From positions 32,001 through 96,000 of IMG/VR virus record IMGVR_UViG_3300033148_006102: a DNA stretch of 64,000 bases. One strand, 5' to 3'. Source of the DNA: a virus. The translations under genes were made by a program, and so were the position numbers. A model generated the notes under the pieces. That model saw nothing but the letters and a program-made list of their open reading frames with translations. It searched no databases and had not been told where the DNA came from. Positions 1 through 9,732 of the stretch are shown one piece after another. How positions within the stretch are numbered: position 1 is the first letter of the stretch; the number at the start of each line of letters is the position of its first letter.

Positions 1-11
1 GAGCCATCGCG

Positions 12-227
12 ATGCTTCCTCTGAGCGAGGACGGCCGGCGTAAGTTGGCGAAGCGCATTCTGAGGGATTGGCCGGAGAAGATCGAAGAATTGGTAGCTTC
101 GTGCGAAGGCAACACAGGCGCGGAATTCCAGGAACGATGTGCGCGCTGGGCCTTGGCGAAGCATTGGGATGATAAGGAAGACGATGAAGCCAGAAGTGTT
201 TTGGAACATGAACATGCGCGGTGCTGA
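12..227 (+). CDS. hypothetical protein, probably 5'-truncated by window edge
   Basis: ORF track; frame is open from the window start. Confidence 0.5.
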   Translation: MLPLSEDGRRKLAKRILRDWPEKIEELVASCEGNTGAEFQERCARWALAKHWDDKEDDEARSVLEHEHARC

Positions 228-585
228 TCCTGAACTGAGGGACACGCATCAGAAGTGGGATGAAGCCATGTTGAAGGCTGAAACTGCCTTCATCGAACAA
301 GTAATAGGTGCGTACCGCGAGCTCGGCAATGGTGACTTCATGCTGGTATCGTTGGCACGCAACCTGCGCTCACGCCTACGTAATGAAGTAATAGATTGCG
401 CGTACCACGCGCGGATGCAGGCGAAGACGCTCAAATCAAGCGCGAAGAAGATCTGTCGTAACTGTGATCTGTTGCGGTACGTACCAGATTCAATGAGTCA
501 CAGCAAATCATCAGGCTGTGAGGTTATGGGGAATCGCGAGCCCGATATGGAGGCTTGCGATGAATTTGTGGAGAAAGAAGGGTAA
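184..585 (+). CDS. hypothetical protein with C-terminal Cys cluster
   Basis: AAGGAAG before ATG 184; stop overlaps next start (TAATG). Confidence 0.65.
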   Translation: MKPEVFWNMNMRGADPELRDTHQKWDEAMLKAETAFIEQVIGAYRELGNGDFMLVSLARNLRSRLRNEVIDCAYHARMQAKTLKSSAKKICRNCDLLRYVPDSMSHSKSSGCEVMGNREPDMEACDEFVEKEG

Positions 586-983
586 TGACACAGTTAGACG
601 TAGCTAAGGCGCTTCAAAAAGGGGCAGAAGATGCGCTGGAAGGGGAAATGCGGAAAGTTCCGGAGACCTTAGAAGCAGTTAAAAAAGCCGACGATGTAAT
701 TGCGCGGCAACAAGCGAAGAAGAAGGAAGCAGATGCGACTAACCCGTCGCATTACAAGGATGTCGGCATTGACGCGCTGACAGTGATGGCCCTGAACAAT
801 CAGGACTATGACTTCTGTCTTGGCAATGTGTTGAAGTACGCGATGCGCGCCCAGCACAAGAACGGGACAGAGGATTTGCGTAAAGCTCGCTGGTATCTCA
901 CATACATGATCGGCCGTTCGTATGGTATGAGCGTGGAGGATGCGATCGCGAATTGCCGGTTGCCCTACCCAGGAGATAAATGA
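585..983 (+). CDS. DUF3310 (SaV-like) domain protein
   Basis: NPSHY...FCLGNVLKYAMRAQHKNGTEDLRKARWYL motif. Confidence 0.85.
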   Translation: MTQLDVAKALQKGAEDALEGEMRKVPETLEAVKKADDVIARQQAKKKEADATNPSHYKDVGIDALTVMALNNQDYDFCLGNVLKYAMRAQHKNGTEDLRKARWYLTYMIGRSYGMSVEDAIANCRLPYPGDK

Positions 984-1294
984 TGCTGAAAAAAGGCGCA
1001 TTTTATTCTCCAAGGGATGTTGATGACAGCTATGACGTCAATTCATGGCGTTGGATGTACGGTACTGATCGAGATGTGCGCGTACATATAGAACAAAACG
1101 CATTGGACTATGCAAAGCACATGGCTCGAAGGGCAGCGGCCGCAGAAGCGCGGCTTAACAGTATTTTGATGCGGGTTGTGGGCACGATAGCTGGTGAGGA
1201 AACACGAGCATTGCATCACATCAGGGACATGTGCATGGATTCGTTGTACCCAGAAAGGAAAAGAGCACGTGAGAGAAGACAAAGAAGCGCCTGA
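980..1294 (+). CDS. hypothetical protein
   Basis: ORF coupled to the previous stop. Confidence 0.6.
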   Translation: MMLKKGAFYSPRDVDDSYDVNSWRWMYGTDRDVRVHIEQNALDYAKHMARRAAAAEARLNSILMRVVGTIAGEETRALHHIRDMCMDSLYPERKRARERRQRSA

Positions 1295-1475
1295 AGAGAT
1301 CATTCAACAGATCAAGAAACAGGCAGGTAAAGCAGCAACTGCGCTCAATCAAGGCACATGGGAAGAGGTCTACGATGAGTCGATGAAGCTGTATGACATC
1401 ACAAAACATCTCGTCGAACGTGTCGCGGAAGAGCGGGACGCTGAAGAGGATGAGTTAGAAGAGGATGAAGATTGA
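1269..1475 (+). CDS. acidic hypothetical protein
   Basis: GTG start inferred; stop overlaps next ATG. Confidence 0.5.
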   Translation: MREDKEAPEEIIQQIKKQAGKAATALNQGTWEEVYDESMKLYDITKHLVERVAEERDAEEDELEEDED

Positions 1476-1678
1476 TGGCACGAGTTCATTGCGAAGTGGA
1501 ATACACGCAGCAACTGAATGAAGACACTGAACGCATGCAGGACTGCGTGGTCGTGACATGCACCAAGTGTGGCGATTCCCAGATGAGCTGGGGCCACGGC
1601 GACGCAAGCGTACGACGCTGTTTGGCGCTGTTGTCAGAGGAATGCGTCGAGAACAATTTCTATGTAGTTGATGAATAA
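1475..1678 (+). CDS. small Cys-rich (zinc-ribbon-like) protein
   Basis: CTKC and RRC motifs; coupled start. Confidence 0.6.
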   Translation: MARVHCEVEYTQQLNEDTERMQDCVVVTCTKCGDSQMSWGHGDASVRRCLALLSEECVENNFYVVDE

Positions 1679-2168
1679 GCAGAAGGAAACGGATATGGCG
1701 GTAAACGCGGATCGTGCGATTGATAGGCTGGTCAATAAAGAGCGAAAATTCGCGAAAGCGCTCTCGGAGCCAGAATCGGTAGAAGTCTCGCTTCATTTGT
1801 TTCGTAAATGGCTAGAGTTTCGCCATATCGAAAAAGAAGAGGCGCATGAGCTATTCGCCAATCGTCTCAAGGGATTTCGCGGCGCACCAGCGGCGTACAT
1901 GAAATTGCAGCATGAATTGGATCAAGTATCTGGCAGTCATCTGCTTGACCATGCGCGAGCATTCAGGACAGCTGATAAGGCAGTTGTACTTGTGTCGCAG
2001 CCATATACCGACCCAGGTACCGCTGAGCGCGAAGCTATCGAAGAATACTGTCAAGAGCATGGTATGCGTGTGCGCTTCTGCTCACCAAGCGAATCATGGC
2101 ATTATCCAGAGCACACAACGCTTGTTGAATTTTGGAAAGCGGAAGAATATCCGCAGTCAGAGAAGTAA
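1668..2168 (+). CDS. hypothetical protein
   Basis: 166-aa ORF in operon. Confidence 0.65.
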   Translation: MMNKQKETDMAVNADRAIDRLVNKERKFAKALSEPESVEVSLHLFRKWLEFRHIEKEEAHELFANRLKGFRGAPAAYMKLQHELDQVSGSHLLDHARAFRTADKAVVLVSQPYTDPGTAEREAIEEYCQEHGMRVRFCSPSESWHYPEHTTLVEFWKAEEYPQSEK

Positions 2169-2170
2169 GC

Positions 2171-2440
2171 ATGCCACGAGAAGGTCAGTATAAATTAGAT
2201 GAGATCGGCGCCGTTCTCGAAGACGAAGACGGCGTGCGCGAGGTCTGGCATGATGGACAATGGGTCAAGTGGTACCGAAATTCGGACCATAAAAACATCG
2301 TGGAATTAAAACACGAAATGAAGGAACTGAAGGCTGTTGTGTATGACCTTGTATGCGCAACAATTGTTCAGCATCCGTCACATTCGGTTGCCAAAAATCT
2401 CAAGGGATACTATCTCAAACACAAAGCAACGAAAGGATAA
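2171..2440 (+). CDS. hypothetical protein
   Basis: ATG 2171 just after previous stop. Confidence 0.6.
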   Translation: MPREGQYKLDEIGAVLEDEDGVREVWHDGQWVKWYRNSDHKNIVELKHEMKELKAVVYDLVCATIVQHPSHSVAKNLKGYYLKHKATKG

Positions 2441-2441
2441 A

Positions 2442-3221
2442 ATGGATACGCTTATTGTAGTTGAGCCGCATTTCGAGCTCATTACACCACGGGAAGATCT
2501 TGGGCGCATGCTGAAACTGCTCGAGGCTGCCGGCCGGACTTGCTACAAGTCTGAGGCAATGATAAAGGAAGACTCGGCCGGCAAGTTCATTCAAGGTATT
2601 GTCAAGCGCGGTCATGAGTCCGTGATCGAGCACTGTGTTATCACAGGGCGTTTTGTGGGCGATAGGACCATGTCGCATCAGCTGGTGCGGCATAGGATCG
2701 CGGCCTATTCACAGGAATCTCAGCGATATTGTGATTATGGCAAAGTCTCAGCCATGCAGATCGTGGCGCCACCGGATACTAGGTTGCCGCCAGGAATATA
2801 CGAACGGGACGAGAACAAGCTTATCCGCTTTACCAAACGTACTGGTGAAGGCCCATTCAGGCTGCAGGCCTACATGGCAGAGGATAATTGGTCTATTGCG
2901 GAAATGGCAATAGCCAAAGCTTTTCTTGGTATCAACTTCGATGCTTACTGGACATATCAGTGGTTGCGCAATCACGGCCTCAAGCCAGAGGACGCGCGGT
3001 TGGTGCTTCCAGGTGGATCCAAGACCGAAGTGGTGACTACCTTCAATTTGCGGATGTGGCGGCACGTGTTTGAGGAACGCGCGCTCAATCCACATGCGCA
3101 GTGGCAAATCAAGAAGATCATGCGCCAAGCATTGGAGATCTTCGGGGAAGAGTTGCCAGAATTGTACGGTGACCAGTTGGAACGCTTGAAGGAACAAGTG
3201 GCAAATGAACAAAGCAGTTGA
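2442..3221 (+). CDS. thyX: flavin-dependent thymidylate synthase
   Basis: GHESVIEH, SHQLVRHR-x-x-x-YSQESQRY, EDARLVLP, NLRMWRH, HAQWQI motifs; AAGGA before ATG 2442. Confidence 0.95.
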   Translation: MDTLIVVEPHFELITPREDLGRMLKLLEAAGRTCYKSEAMIKEDSAGKFIQGIVKRGHESVIEHCVITGRFVGDRTMSHQLVRHRIAAYSQESQRYCDYGKVSAMQIVAPPDTRLPPGIYERDENKLIRFTKRTGEGPFRLQAYMAEDNWSIAEMAIAKAFLGINFDAYWTYQWLRNHGLKPEDARLVLPGGSKTEVVTTFNLRMWRHVFEERALNPHAQWQIKKIMRQALEIFGEELPELYGDQLERLKEQVANEQSS

Positions 3222-3606
3222 TTGTGAAGGGACGGAGTTGCGGCCAGGTGATCTGGTCGCCTCAGCCCCTACGGATGAACAAATCCATTGTGCACGCGTC
3301 GAGGCCATCCTTGAGGAGGAATGGTTGGAATTGAAGCACATGAAGACCGGTGAGAAGTATCAGATGCTAGCGCACGGCACATTGCTCATGAAGAGTAAGA
3401 CGATGACCTACAAGTCGCGCAAACGGCGTCGACGCAAGCCTGATCATCACCGGCGTGCACAGGAACGTCGGCAAAATCATTATCCACCGAAGCCTACAGC
3501 TTCTGAGGATTACAATCCTCAGGCGTACCATAGTGATATGCGTGAGCCGCCGGAACCTGAATATCAATCTGATAACCCGCAGTGCTACCACAGCGACGAA
3601 AGGTGA
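3205..3606 (+). CDS. hypothetical protein, KOW/SH3-like N-terminus and basic low-complexity tail
   Basis: LRPGDLV motif; RKRRRRK; repeated YHSD. Confidence 0.55.
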   Translation: MNKAVDCEGTELRPGDLVASAPTDEQIHCARVEAILEEEWLELKHMKTGEKYQMLAHGTLLMKSKTMTYKSRKRRRRKPDHHRRAQERRQNHYPPKPTASEDYNPQAYHSDMREPPEPEYQSDNPQCYHSDER

Positions 3607-4199
3607 TGATGAACGCAGCGATATTCGGTGGGATGGCTTCTCACTACACCGATCTGATCAAGCGATTGATCAAGATTGGTTTCAATAAATCAGACGCCAC
3701 ATACTACGCGAACAATTTTGTGCAGACAGTCATGCAAACTAGCGCGCCAAGTGTACCGGCGTGTCAGTTGGACGAGCATCCGATGGCGACATGCATCAAG
3801 CAGTTTTTGGCGTTGCCGGTGCTTGAGCAATGGGAGGTAGTGAAACGGCTGGATCCGCGATACTCCGATCGTTACCGCGGCTATTCGCGTGAATGGTTGT
3901 TTGTGAATCTTGTCCAAAATCTACTGAGACAGCATATTGACCTGAAAACTATCTACATGACTGTGGAATGGTATGCTACAGGTCGCATAGCGGCATACGA
4001 AACATTTGAACGACAACAGCAACAAGGAGAAGTACCTGATGGGGATGATGATAGGAGCGATCCAGCCAGTGGGCTCAGCGATCCCGACAGTGTCGAATGC
4101 ACTTATGTTAAGCATGTCATTCATTCAGACCAGCCCAATAAGAACGGAGACATTTTCGTTCACGAGTCGGCCGATAAAGACGCCGGCGATAGTGACTGA
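3606..4199 (+). CDS. hypothetical protein
   Basis: coupled TGATG start. Confidence 0.6.
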   Translation: MMNAAIFGGMASHYTDLIKRLIKIGFNKSDATYYANNFVQTVMQTSAPSVPACQLDEHPMATCIKQFLALPVLEQWEVVKRLDPRYSDRYRGYSREWLFVNLVQNLLRQHIDLKTIYMTVEWYATGRIAAYETFERQQQQGEVPDGDDDRSDPASGLSDPDSVECTYVKHVIHSDQPNKNGDIFVHESADKDAGDSD

Positions 4200-4252
4200 G
4201 GTGTCGAATATCGCGGACGAATCCGTGCTTGCGAAATTGGGAGTACCGACGT

Positions 4253-4753
4253 ATGCCTGAAGCAAAACGACATGCTCCGATGTGTTTAACAGATGAAGAG
4301 TGGGAACTCTCGGCGGAAGAGTTGTGGAAGCTCAATGACGAATTATTGGCGGCGGCTGATAGATTTATGGCAGCAGGCGGTAATAGGCAATTCAGCCCAG
4401 AATCTGGGAAGGCAGGTTCATTGAGACTCCGTGCTAGTCTTGTGCGTAGGCTTGCGCGAGTAAAAGAGTCGACGGCACCACAACGTGCATTGGCTACTGA
4501 GCTACATGAGCTGTTCTGTTACAACAATCACACCGATATGAGCGGTGGGTGTTACGAGGAAATTGATTACCGAGACAGCAAGAGACCAATGGAACTTGCG
4601 CATTATATTATGTGGTCAGGTAACACACATGCCGACTGGTTGAAGAAAGCGAAAGCGCTCGAAGAGACATCGGCGCTGTCGTATGGCGAGCTAATCGGCG
4701 CCACGCAATCCATGATTCCGCACTTCAAGTTTCCAGATAGTTTGAGGCGATGA
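4253..4753 (+). CDS. hypothetical protein
   Basis: GGGAG before ATG. Confidence 0.6.
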   Translation: MPEAKRHAPMCLTDEEWELSAEELWKLNDELLAAADRFMAAGGNRQFSPESGKAGSLRLRASLVRRLARVKESTAPQRALATELHELFCYNNHTDMSGGCYEEIDYRDSKRPMELAHYIMWSGNTHADWLKKAKALEETSALSYGELIGATQSMIPHFKFPDSLRR

Positions 4754-4769
4754 CGGAACAAAACGATTT

Positions 4770-5144
4770 TTGTCGAATGATGAATTAGCTGCATCCACAT
4801 CGATAAAGACATCCATTTCGCTATTAGCGGATATTGCTCCGTCATTAAAAGAGCTGATGAGCATGGATTTGGATGCGCTCGATGACGACAAAGACGCGAA
4901 AACAGAATGGGTAATACATGCTTATACGCTATCTCGGGCGCTTAAAGAATCAGCGGAGATGTATTTGAATGCCTGTGATGCGCTGCGTGAACGCGTACTT
5001 ACGGCATTAAGCGAAGAGGCAGTGGGTAATTTGGATAAATTGGCGCATAGCGTGTTTCACGATAACATGACGGTTTACTATAAAAGGGAATTCAGATGTA
5101 CGCGTGATGCATTGAATGAGGACAAGACAGATGATCAGTCGTGA
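4770..5144 (+). CDS. hypothetical protein
   Basis: ORF track; start uncertain. Confidence 0.55.
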   Translation: MSNDELAASTSIKTSISLLADIAPSLKELMSMDLDALDDDKDAKTEWVIHAYTLSRALKESAEMYLNACDALRERVLTALSEEAVGNLDKLAHSVFHDNMTVYYKREFRCTRDALNEDKTDDQS

Positions 5145-5448
5145 TGGCCTAACCGGTAGATGGTGGACGCTTGGACCAGAAACACCATGGCTGCCACACC
5201 CAGATGAGTGGGTAAATGTCCGTGGGAACCATACTGTGTACTCGTGGATGTTTTATCATCCTGGCTCAGAGAAATGGGAGCCAGTATTTTCGTTGCGCGA
5301 AGCTCGTGATCTAGCGAAGCATGGCTATGTACTGGTATGCTTTACGGAGCACGACGAAGTGAATCGGTATATTGAGGACCAGCGTCGACAGGAAGCGGCG
5401 AAGTGCGGTCAAGACTTCGGGCCGGACAAATGGCGGCCAAATTATTAG
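5131..5448 (+). CDS. hypothetical Trp-rich protein
   Basis: ORF in operon. Confidence 0.6.
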   Translation: MISRDGLTGRWWTLGPETPWLPHPDEWVNVRGNHTVYSWMFYHPGSEKWEPVFSLREARDLAKHGYVLVCFTEHDEVNRYIEDQRRQEAAKCGQDFGPDKWRPNY

Positions 5449-5459
5449 AATCTGGGATT

Positions 5460-6182
5460 ATGGCAAAATCACAGGAACGCGCATTGGTGCCAGGTAAGCT
5501 AGCGGATTCGGATCTTAGTCCGAATCTATTACGCGAACTGGCGCCATTGCTCAAAGATAGAATAACGCAGCCAGATAACGCTCACGATGCGCGTGCGTTG
5601 AAGCATGCGTTCGAGCTGGTTATGCCGCGGATGATCGAAGCGGCAAAGATGCTGGGGTTGACAGGTGTTGAGGCATTGATGCGCGCTACGGACGAGGTCC
5701 TGGCTGATAAAGGTCCGCGGCAAGAGTTGTATGATGCGTGGATAGCCTGCGCAGGTGATTTGGATCCTGACGAGCAGCTTAAACAAAATGCCCGTATTGC
5801 GGCGCATAATGCTCCGATTGATAAACTGGCGCCGTTGGCACATAAAGCTGTGATAAACGCCATGATGGAGCTGCGTGGCGAGTTCAGTGCACGCAAACTA
5901 TCGATTGACAAGTACCAGTTGGGTACTGAGGCATATGATGTGTTGCGGTCTCGTGAGGACTATGGCGTAAAGGGTCATTCGGACGGTAGCCTTACCTTCG
6001 AGCACATATTTATTCAATTGATGGATGACTTCCCGTTCCGCGGGATTCGTGCACTCAATCATGAAAAACAGCTGGCGATAACTTTGGAAATCGGCGGCGA
6101 ATTTGTAGTTACGTCGGGTGAGTCTCCGCCGCGATTCAAGCGGCCGGATGCGCCTACAACAGTAGAGGCAAAGGTGAGGTAA
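5460..6182 (+). CDS. hypothetical protein
   Basis: long ORF; start ATG lies within a palindrome copy. Confidence 0.65.
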   Translation: MAKSQERALVPGKLADSDLSPNLLRELAPLLKDRITQPDNAHDARALKHAFELVMPRMIEAAKMLGLTGVEALMRATDEVLADKGPRQELYDAWIACAGDLDPDEQLKQNARIAAHNAPIDKLAPLAHKAVINAMMELRGEFSARKLSIDKYQLGTEAYDVLRSREDYGVKGHSDGSLTFEHIFIQLMDDFPFRGIRALNHEKQLAITLEIGGEFVVTSGESPPRFKRPDAPTTVEAKVR

Positions 6183-6518
6183 ATGGCTAAGAAACTTCGA
6201 CGGCGCGGCAAAAAGAAGATGCCACATCTGTGGAAGGACATGTTGGAAGTCCTGCAGGATATTCAATGGAGCGGTAGCGTGATTTCAGTGCCGACAGGCG
6301 GATCGCTATCGCAAACATGCCCCTCCTGTGGAGCTGTCGAAGTCCGCGGCCATTATCCGGACTGTAAGATCCAATATTTTATACAGATATTGGAATTGCT
6401 GACGTCCGAGAAGATGAACAAGGTATACGAGGTGTTCCGTGACAACCTGACTGAGATCATGGAGCCGCCAACGTCCGAGGAAATGTTCAACCTGTTGTTG
6501 GACCGGGAAAGGTCATAA
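6183..6518 (+). CDS. hypothetical protein with CxxC...HxxxC zinc-binding motif
   Basis: CPSCGAVEVRGHYPDC. Confidence 0.65.
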   Translation: MAKKLRRRGKKKMPHLWKDMLEVLQDIQWSGSVISVPTGGSLSQTCPSCGAVEVRGHYPDCKIQYFIQILELLTSEKMNKVYEVFRDNLTEIMEPPTSEEMFNLLLDRERS

Positions 6519-6931
6519 TGAACGGTTTTGACATATTTGATTGTGGGCCAACTAAAAAGAAACCTAAATGCGAAGAGTGTCCAGAAGAGGCCGCGTGCGA
6601 GTTAACGCCACCACGGTTGTTTATGGAACAACTGATTGAGATCTTGGAAGAATCCGAGATGTTTGAGGAAGTAATCAAGCCTGTGCCGCTAGGTATGCCA
6701 CTACTGCTGGATAGCTACGACAAGGTAGCGGAAGCATATGACATGGCAGCGGATGCGTTTGATCTGACAGCACAGTACATTCGGGAGTATCCGAAGAACG
6801 ATGCTCTGGCACATTTTATCGCCGCGCAATTTACAGAAGCATTGGGCAGAATAATTATACGGCTACGGACACTCAGGCGTATTCGGGAAAAAATGAATCA
6901 ACCGGATCCACCTGATCCGCGGTTGAATTGA
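6518..6931 (+). CDS. hypothetical protein
   Basis: coupled TAATG start. Confidence 0.65.
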   Translation: MNGFDIFDCGPTKKKPKCEECPEEAACELTPPRLFMEQLIEILEESEMFEEVIKPVPLGMPLLLDSYDKVAEAYDMAADAFDLTAQYIREYPKNDALAHFIAAQFTEALGRIIIRLRTLRRIREKMNQPDPPDPRLN

Positions 6932-6938
6932 GGAAGCG

Positions 6939-7142
6939 ATGGCAGCGATTGACAAATTGCTGGACGCGATTGATGACTTGGCCAAGTACACACGCTGGCG
7001 CGGTACGCACGGCGATACGGCCACAATGGTGTTTCAGCTTCACCATCTTTCTCGCCACGTGCGACGTGAGTTGAGTGAGGAACGTGCGGTTGAGCACCCG
7101 GACAAACGAATAACCACAAAGGTACGAAAGGAAACTGATTGA
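6939..7142 (+). CDS. hypothetical protein
   Basis: GAGGA before ATG. Confidence 0.55.
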   Translation: MAAIDKLLDAIDDLAKYTRWRGTHGDTATMVFQLHHLSRHVRRELSEERAVEHPDKRITTKVRKETD

Positions 7143-7345
7143 AGCACATCAATGACCGGGAACCTAATTTTTGTGATGAAGATGGTGCCTTTCATCTAGT
7201 ACGTTGCTTCGCGTGTAGTACTACGCCACGCGGCCGCGAGAACTGGAAGCTAGCCGTTTCGTCGGGGCGCTGTTGCCACTGCGGGTGGACGGAAGAACAG
7301 GCAAAACAAGATGCCCAAGAACGACTCAAGTCAGCCACCAGATAA
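7139..7345 (+). CDS. small Cys-rich hypothetical protein
   Basis: CFAC...CCHC. Confidence 0.55.
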   Translation: MKHINDREPNFCDEDGAFHLVRCFACSTTPRGRENWKLAVSSGRCCHCGWTEEQAKQDAQERLKSATR

Positions 7346-7508
7346 ATACGTCGACACGGAGCCAAGTAACAATCGTTGTTACCATTGTGGCCGCGAAACG
7401 ACATTTTCATTTAGGCTTGGCCAATACTACTGTGATCGTTGCGGCATGCCCACAATTTCCAGTTGTGACGGCGCCGAGCGCATGGGTCAGTTGAAAGATG
7501 AGGAGTAA
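7311..7508 (+). CDS. small zinc-ribbon protein
   Basis: CYHC...CDRC; stop coupled to next ATG. Confidence 0.5.
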   Translation: MPKNDSSQPPDKYVDTEPSNNRCYHCGRETTFSFRLGQYYCDRCGMPTISSCDGAERMGQLKDEE

Positions 7509-8137
7509 TGTACAACAACACAGTATCCAAACGACCGACACATATCATTTGTGGCGTACCGCTTATCCAGAAGGCAATGGAAGATACAGGTGTGCCATCA
7601 GAGAATTGGGCGTACCCGACAGAGCATCGTCTCGGGGATCCTGTGCACGATGATTACTACGCGGAGATCTGGACCAATGGCATGGATTGGCAGGTGGTTT
7701 ACTGGTTGCTTGAGCAGCGCAATCTGGATAACCCGGTCGCGATTCCGTTGATCACCTTTGACGACTACAAGGACCGCGAGGCCTTTCCGGACTTCGATGA
7801 GTTCTTGATTGCACTTATATGGGAGCGCCGGCGTTCATCGCGCAAGGATGACAACAATTGGGGAATATACTGGGATTCGGTATGGCCGTTCTTTCAGATT
7901 CAGCTCGATAGGACGCAGCACACGAATGCAACAAAGCCTGGTGAGCCGTTTTGGGTAGGCGCGAAGTTTGAGCACGCCGGCGGCCGATCAGAGTTCTATG
8001 TGCATCGTACTGTGGCTGAAATGGCTGTGGTATATCGTGCTGCACAGGATGAAGCGGTCAAGCGCCATAAACAGAAGTATCCAGACGAAATGGATATGAA
8101 AGCGGAGACCGAATTTCCTAAGACACGCATGCCATAG
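7508..8137 (+). CDS. hypothetical protein
   Basis: GAGGAG before ATG; last gene before terminator. Confidence 0.7.
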   Translation: MYNNTVSKRPTHIICGVPLIQKAMEDTGVPSENWAYPTEHRLGDPVHDDYYAEIWTNGMDWQVVYWLLEQRNLDNPVAIPLITFDDYKDREAFPDFDEFLIALIWERRRSSRKDDNNWGIYWDSVWPFFQIQLDRTQHTNATKPGEPFWVGAKFEHAGGRSEFYVHRTVAEMAVVYRAAQDEAVKRHKQKYPDEMDMKAETEFPKTRMP

Positions 8138-8147
8138 GATCTGAGGT

Positions 8148-8181
8148 AAAAGAAATAGGGGCACATGCCCCTTTTCTTTTT
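8148..8181. terminator. bidirectional intrinsic terminator between convergent genes
   Basis: AAAAGAAAT-AGGGGC-ACAT-GCCCCT-TTTCTTTTT. Confidence 0.8.
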
Positions 8182-8389
8182 ATCTGAGGATCGACGGGCG
8201 GCGCCGAATTAGCGCAACCGCGTGATCTGTAGTTCTAGGCAGAAACATCGATGTAACAACAGCGTGGCTGCCAAAGAGCGCCGCCCAGAGCCATTGATGC
8301 ATGGCAATACAGTACAGGGCAACACCAGTTGTTACAGGCAGGCTGAACAACAGGCCTAGACACAGGCTTATCAGCAACATGCGGCGCAT
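8180..8389 (-). CDS. small membrane protein
   Basis: two hydrophobic stretches. Confidence 0.55.
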   Translation of the reverse strand: MRRMLLISLCLGLLFSLPVTTGVALYCIAMHQWLWAALFGSHAVVTSMFLPRTTDHAVALIRRRPSILR

Positions 8390-8404
8390 GGTTGTTTCCT
8401 TTCT

Positions 8405-8578
8405 TTATTCGTATGTGCCGACGCAATCAGCGTCAGACGACTGGGTAGTTTGTGCTAGTATTGTGCGCATCAGGGGTTCCAGTTCGAAATCCGCGTCGCG
8501 CAGGTCTTTCAGCTCCTCGTTGTCGTAAACCTCGACAACTTCTGTTTCTTGTTCGACTTGTGTGAGGTAAACGAACAT
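8405..8578 (-). CDS. acidic 57-aa hypothetical protein (below ORF-track cutoff)
   Basis: read manually: MFVYLTQVEQETEVVEVYDNEELKDL...; abuts previous stop. Confidence 0.5.
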   Translation of the reverse strand: MFVYLTQVEQETEVVEVYDNEELKDLRDADFELEPLMRTILAQTTQSSDADCVGTYE

Positions 8579-8827
8579 TTAGAGGCGATACCATTCTTCG
8601 CAAAACGGTAGGCCGATGACGGTCAGTCCGTCTTCGTTTTCGGCGACTTTGAGTACGCCGTAGTTGGTGTACTTCCAGTGGCTGCATTCGCTGTAGATCC
8701 AGGCAATACCTTCTTCGGCTGCGCTGGCGTCAGCTTTGGTGGCAAGTTTGACGTCGTCATCTGGTAGATTTGTAAAACAGATCACGAACAGCGCCGCGAT
8801 AAGCATAATGAATAGAACGAGTCTCAT
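8579..8827 (-). CDS. small protein with N-terminal signal/TM segment
   Basis: AAGGAG RBS; hydrophobic N-terminus. Confidence 0.6.
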   Translation of the reverse strand: MRLVLFIMLIAALFVICFTNLPDDDVKLATKADASAAEEGIAWIYSECSHWKYTNYGVLKVAENEDGLTVIGLPFCEEWYRL

Positions 8828-8907
8828 GGTCTCTCCTTGAGTAGAGGGTTGAGAAATATGGTTGTTCTTCAGTGGCTTATGCCACGAAATAGGCTATTTT
8901 TGGCAGT

Positions 8908-9267
8908 TTATGAGACATACCACGTTGCTTGGGGATGGAGCAGCGCCCACCCAAGTAATACATTGCAGGCGTGACCAGCGTTGCCGCGGGTTGCTGCCCA
9001 GTAGTCTTCGTCTTTATCTATCCCGAGTTCACGTACCATACGTTCAAGTTCAGGTACGGTATCCGTAGCATGACGTCCATGCAGATTACGGAGACTGAAT
9101 CCGAGATCCCGCCAGATGGTCGAGTAGTTGTACGTGATACATATGTCGGCCGCACAGCTGTCAATAGGATTGCAGTTGAGGTCGGCCATCAAGATACTGC
9201 CTTCGCGGTGAGGTGGTACTGAGACTGCGCGGCCGTCTGGGTTTTCGAGTCGTACAGTGAAGCTCAT
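8908..9267 (-). CDS. hypothetical protein
   Basis: ATG coupled to previous stop. Confidence 0.6.
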   Translation of the reverse strand: MSFTVRLENPDGRAVSVPPHREGSILMADLNCNPIDSCAADICITYNYSTIWRDLGFSLRNLHGRHATDTVPELERMVRELGIDKDEDYWAATRGNAGHACNVLLGWALLHPQATWYVS

Positions 9268-9461
9268 TTGACACCATCTTCTAAGCCGAATTTGTACGCC
9301 ATACGAATGAGTTTGCAGCTGAACCACGAGTCGGCAGACGGAACGACTCCAACTTTCTTACCATTTCGATAAACGTTATGGCGTTGAATCGGCGCATCAC
9401 ATGTTGGTGAGTATGGTTCCTCTTCAAAACGTATTTCGAATTTGGGTGGCGTATCAGCCAT
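9264..9461 (-). CDS. hypothetical protein
   Basis: AAGGAAG before ATG. Confidence 0.55.
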   Translation of the reverse strand: MADTPPKFEIRFEEEPYSPTCDAPIQRHNVYRNGKKVGVVPSADSWFSCKLIRMAYKFGLEDGVK

Positions 9462-9732
9462 AGCTTCCTTTCTATTCAGCCCACTCACCGTGCAGGTGCG
9501 CACTCAGTTGCTTTCGGTCGAAGCATTTACGTTCAAAATAAATGCCTTGGATGAAACCAATGGTATGCATGGTGGCTGAGATATCGTTTTTCTTGGCAGA
9601 TTTCAGAGCGACCTAGCAGAGAGCGTATGCCATCGTGTGCGATGGACTTACCAATCGTTGGCCGCTGTACCGCATATAACGATGGATCAAATCAATGATT
9701 TTGTCTTGTGTGAGAGCAGGCATAATTCCTTT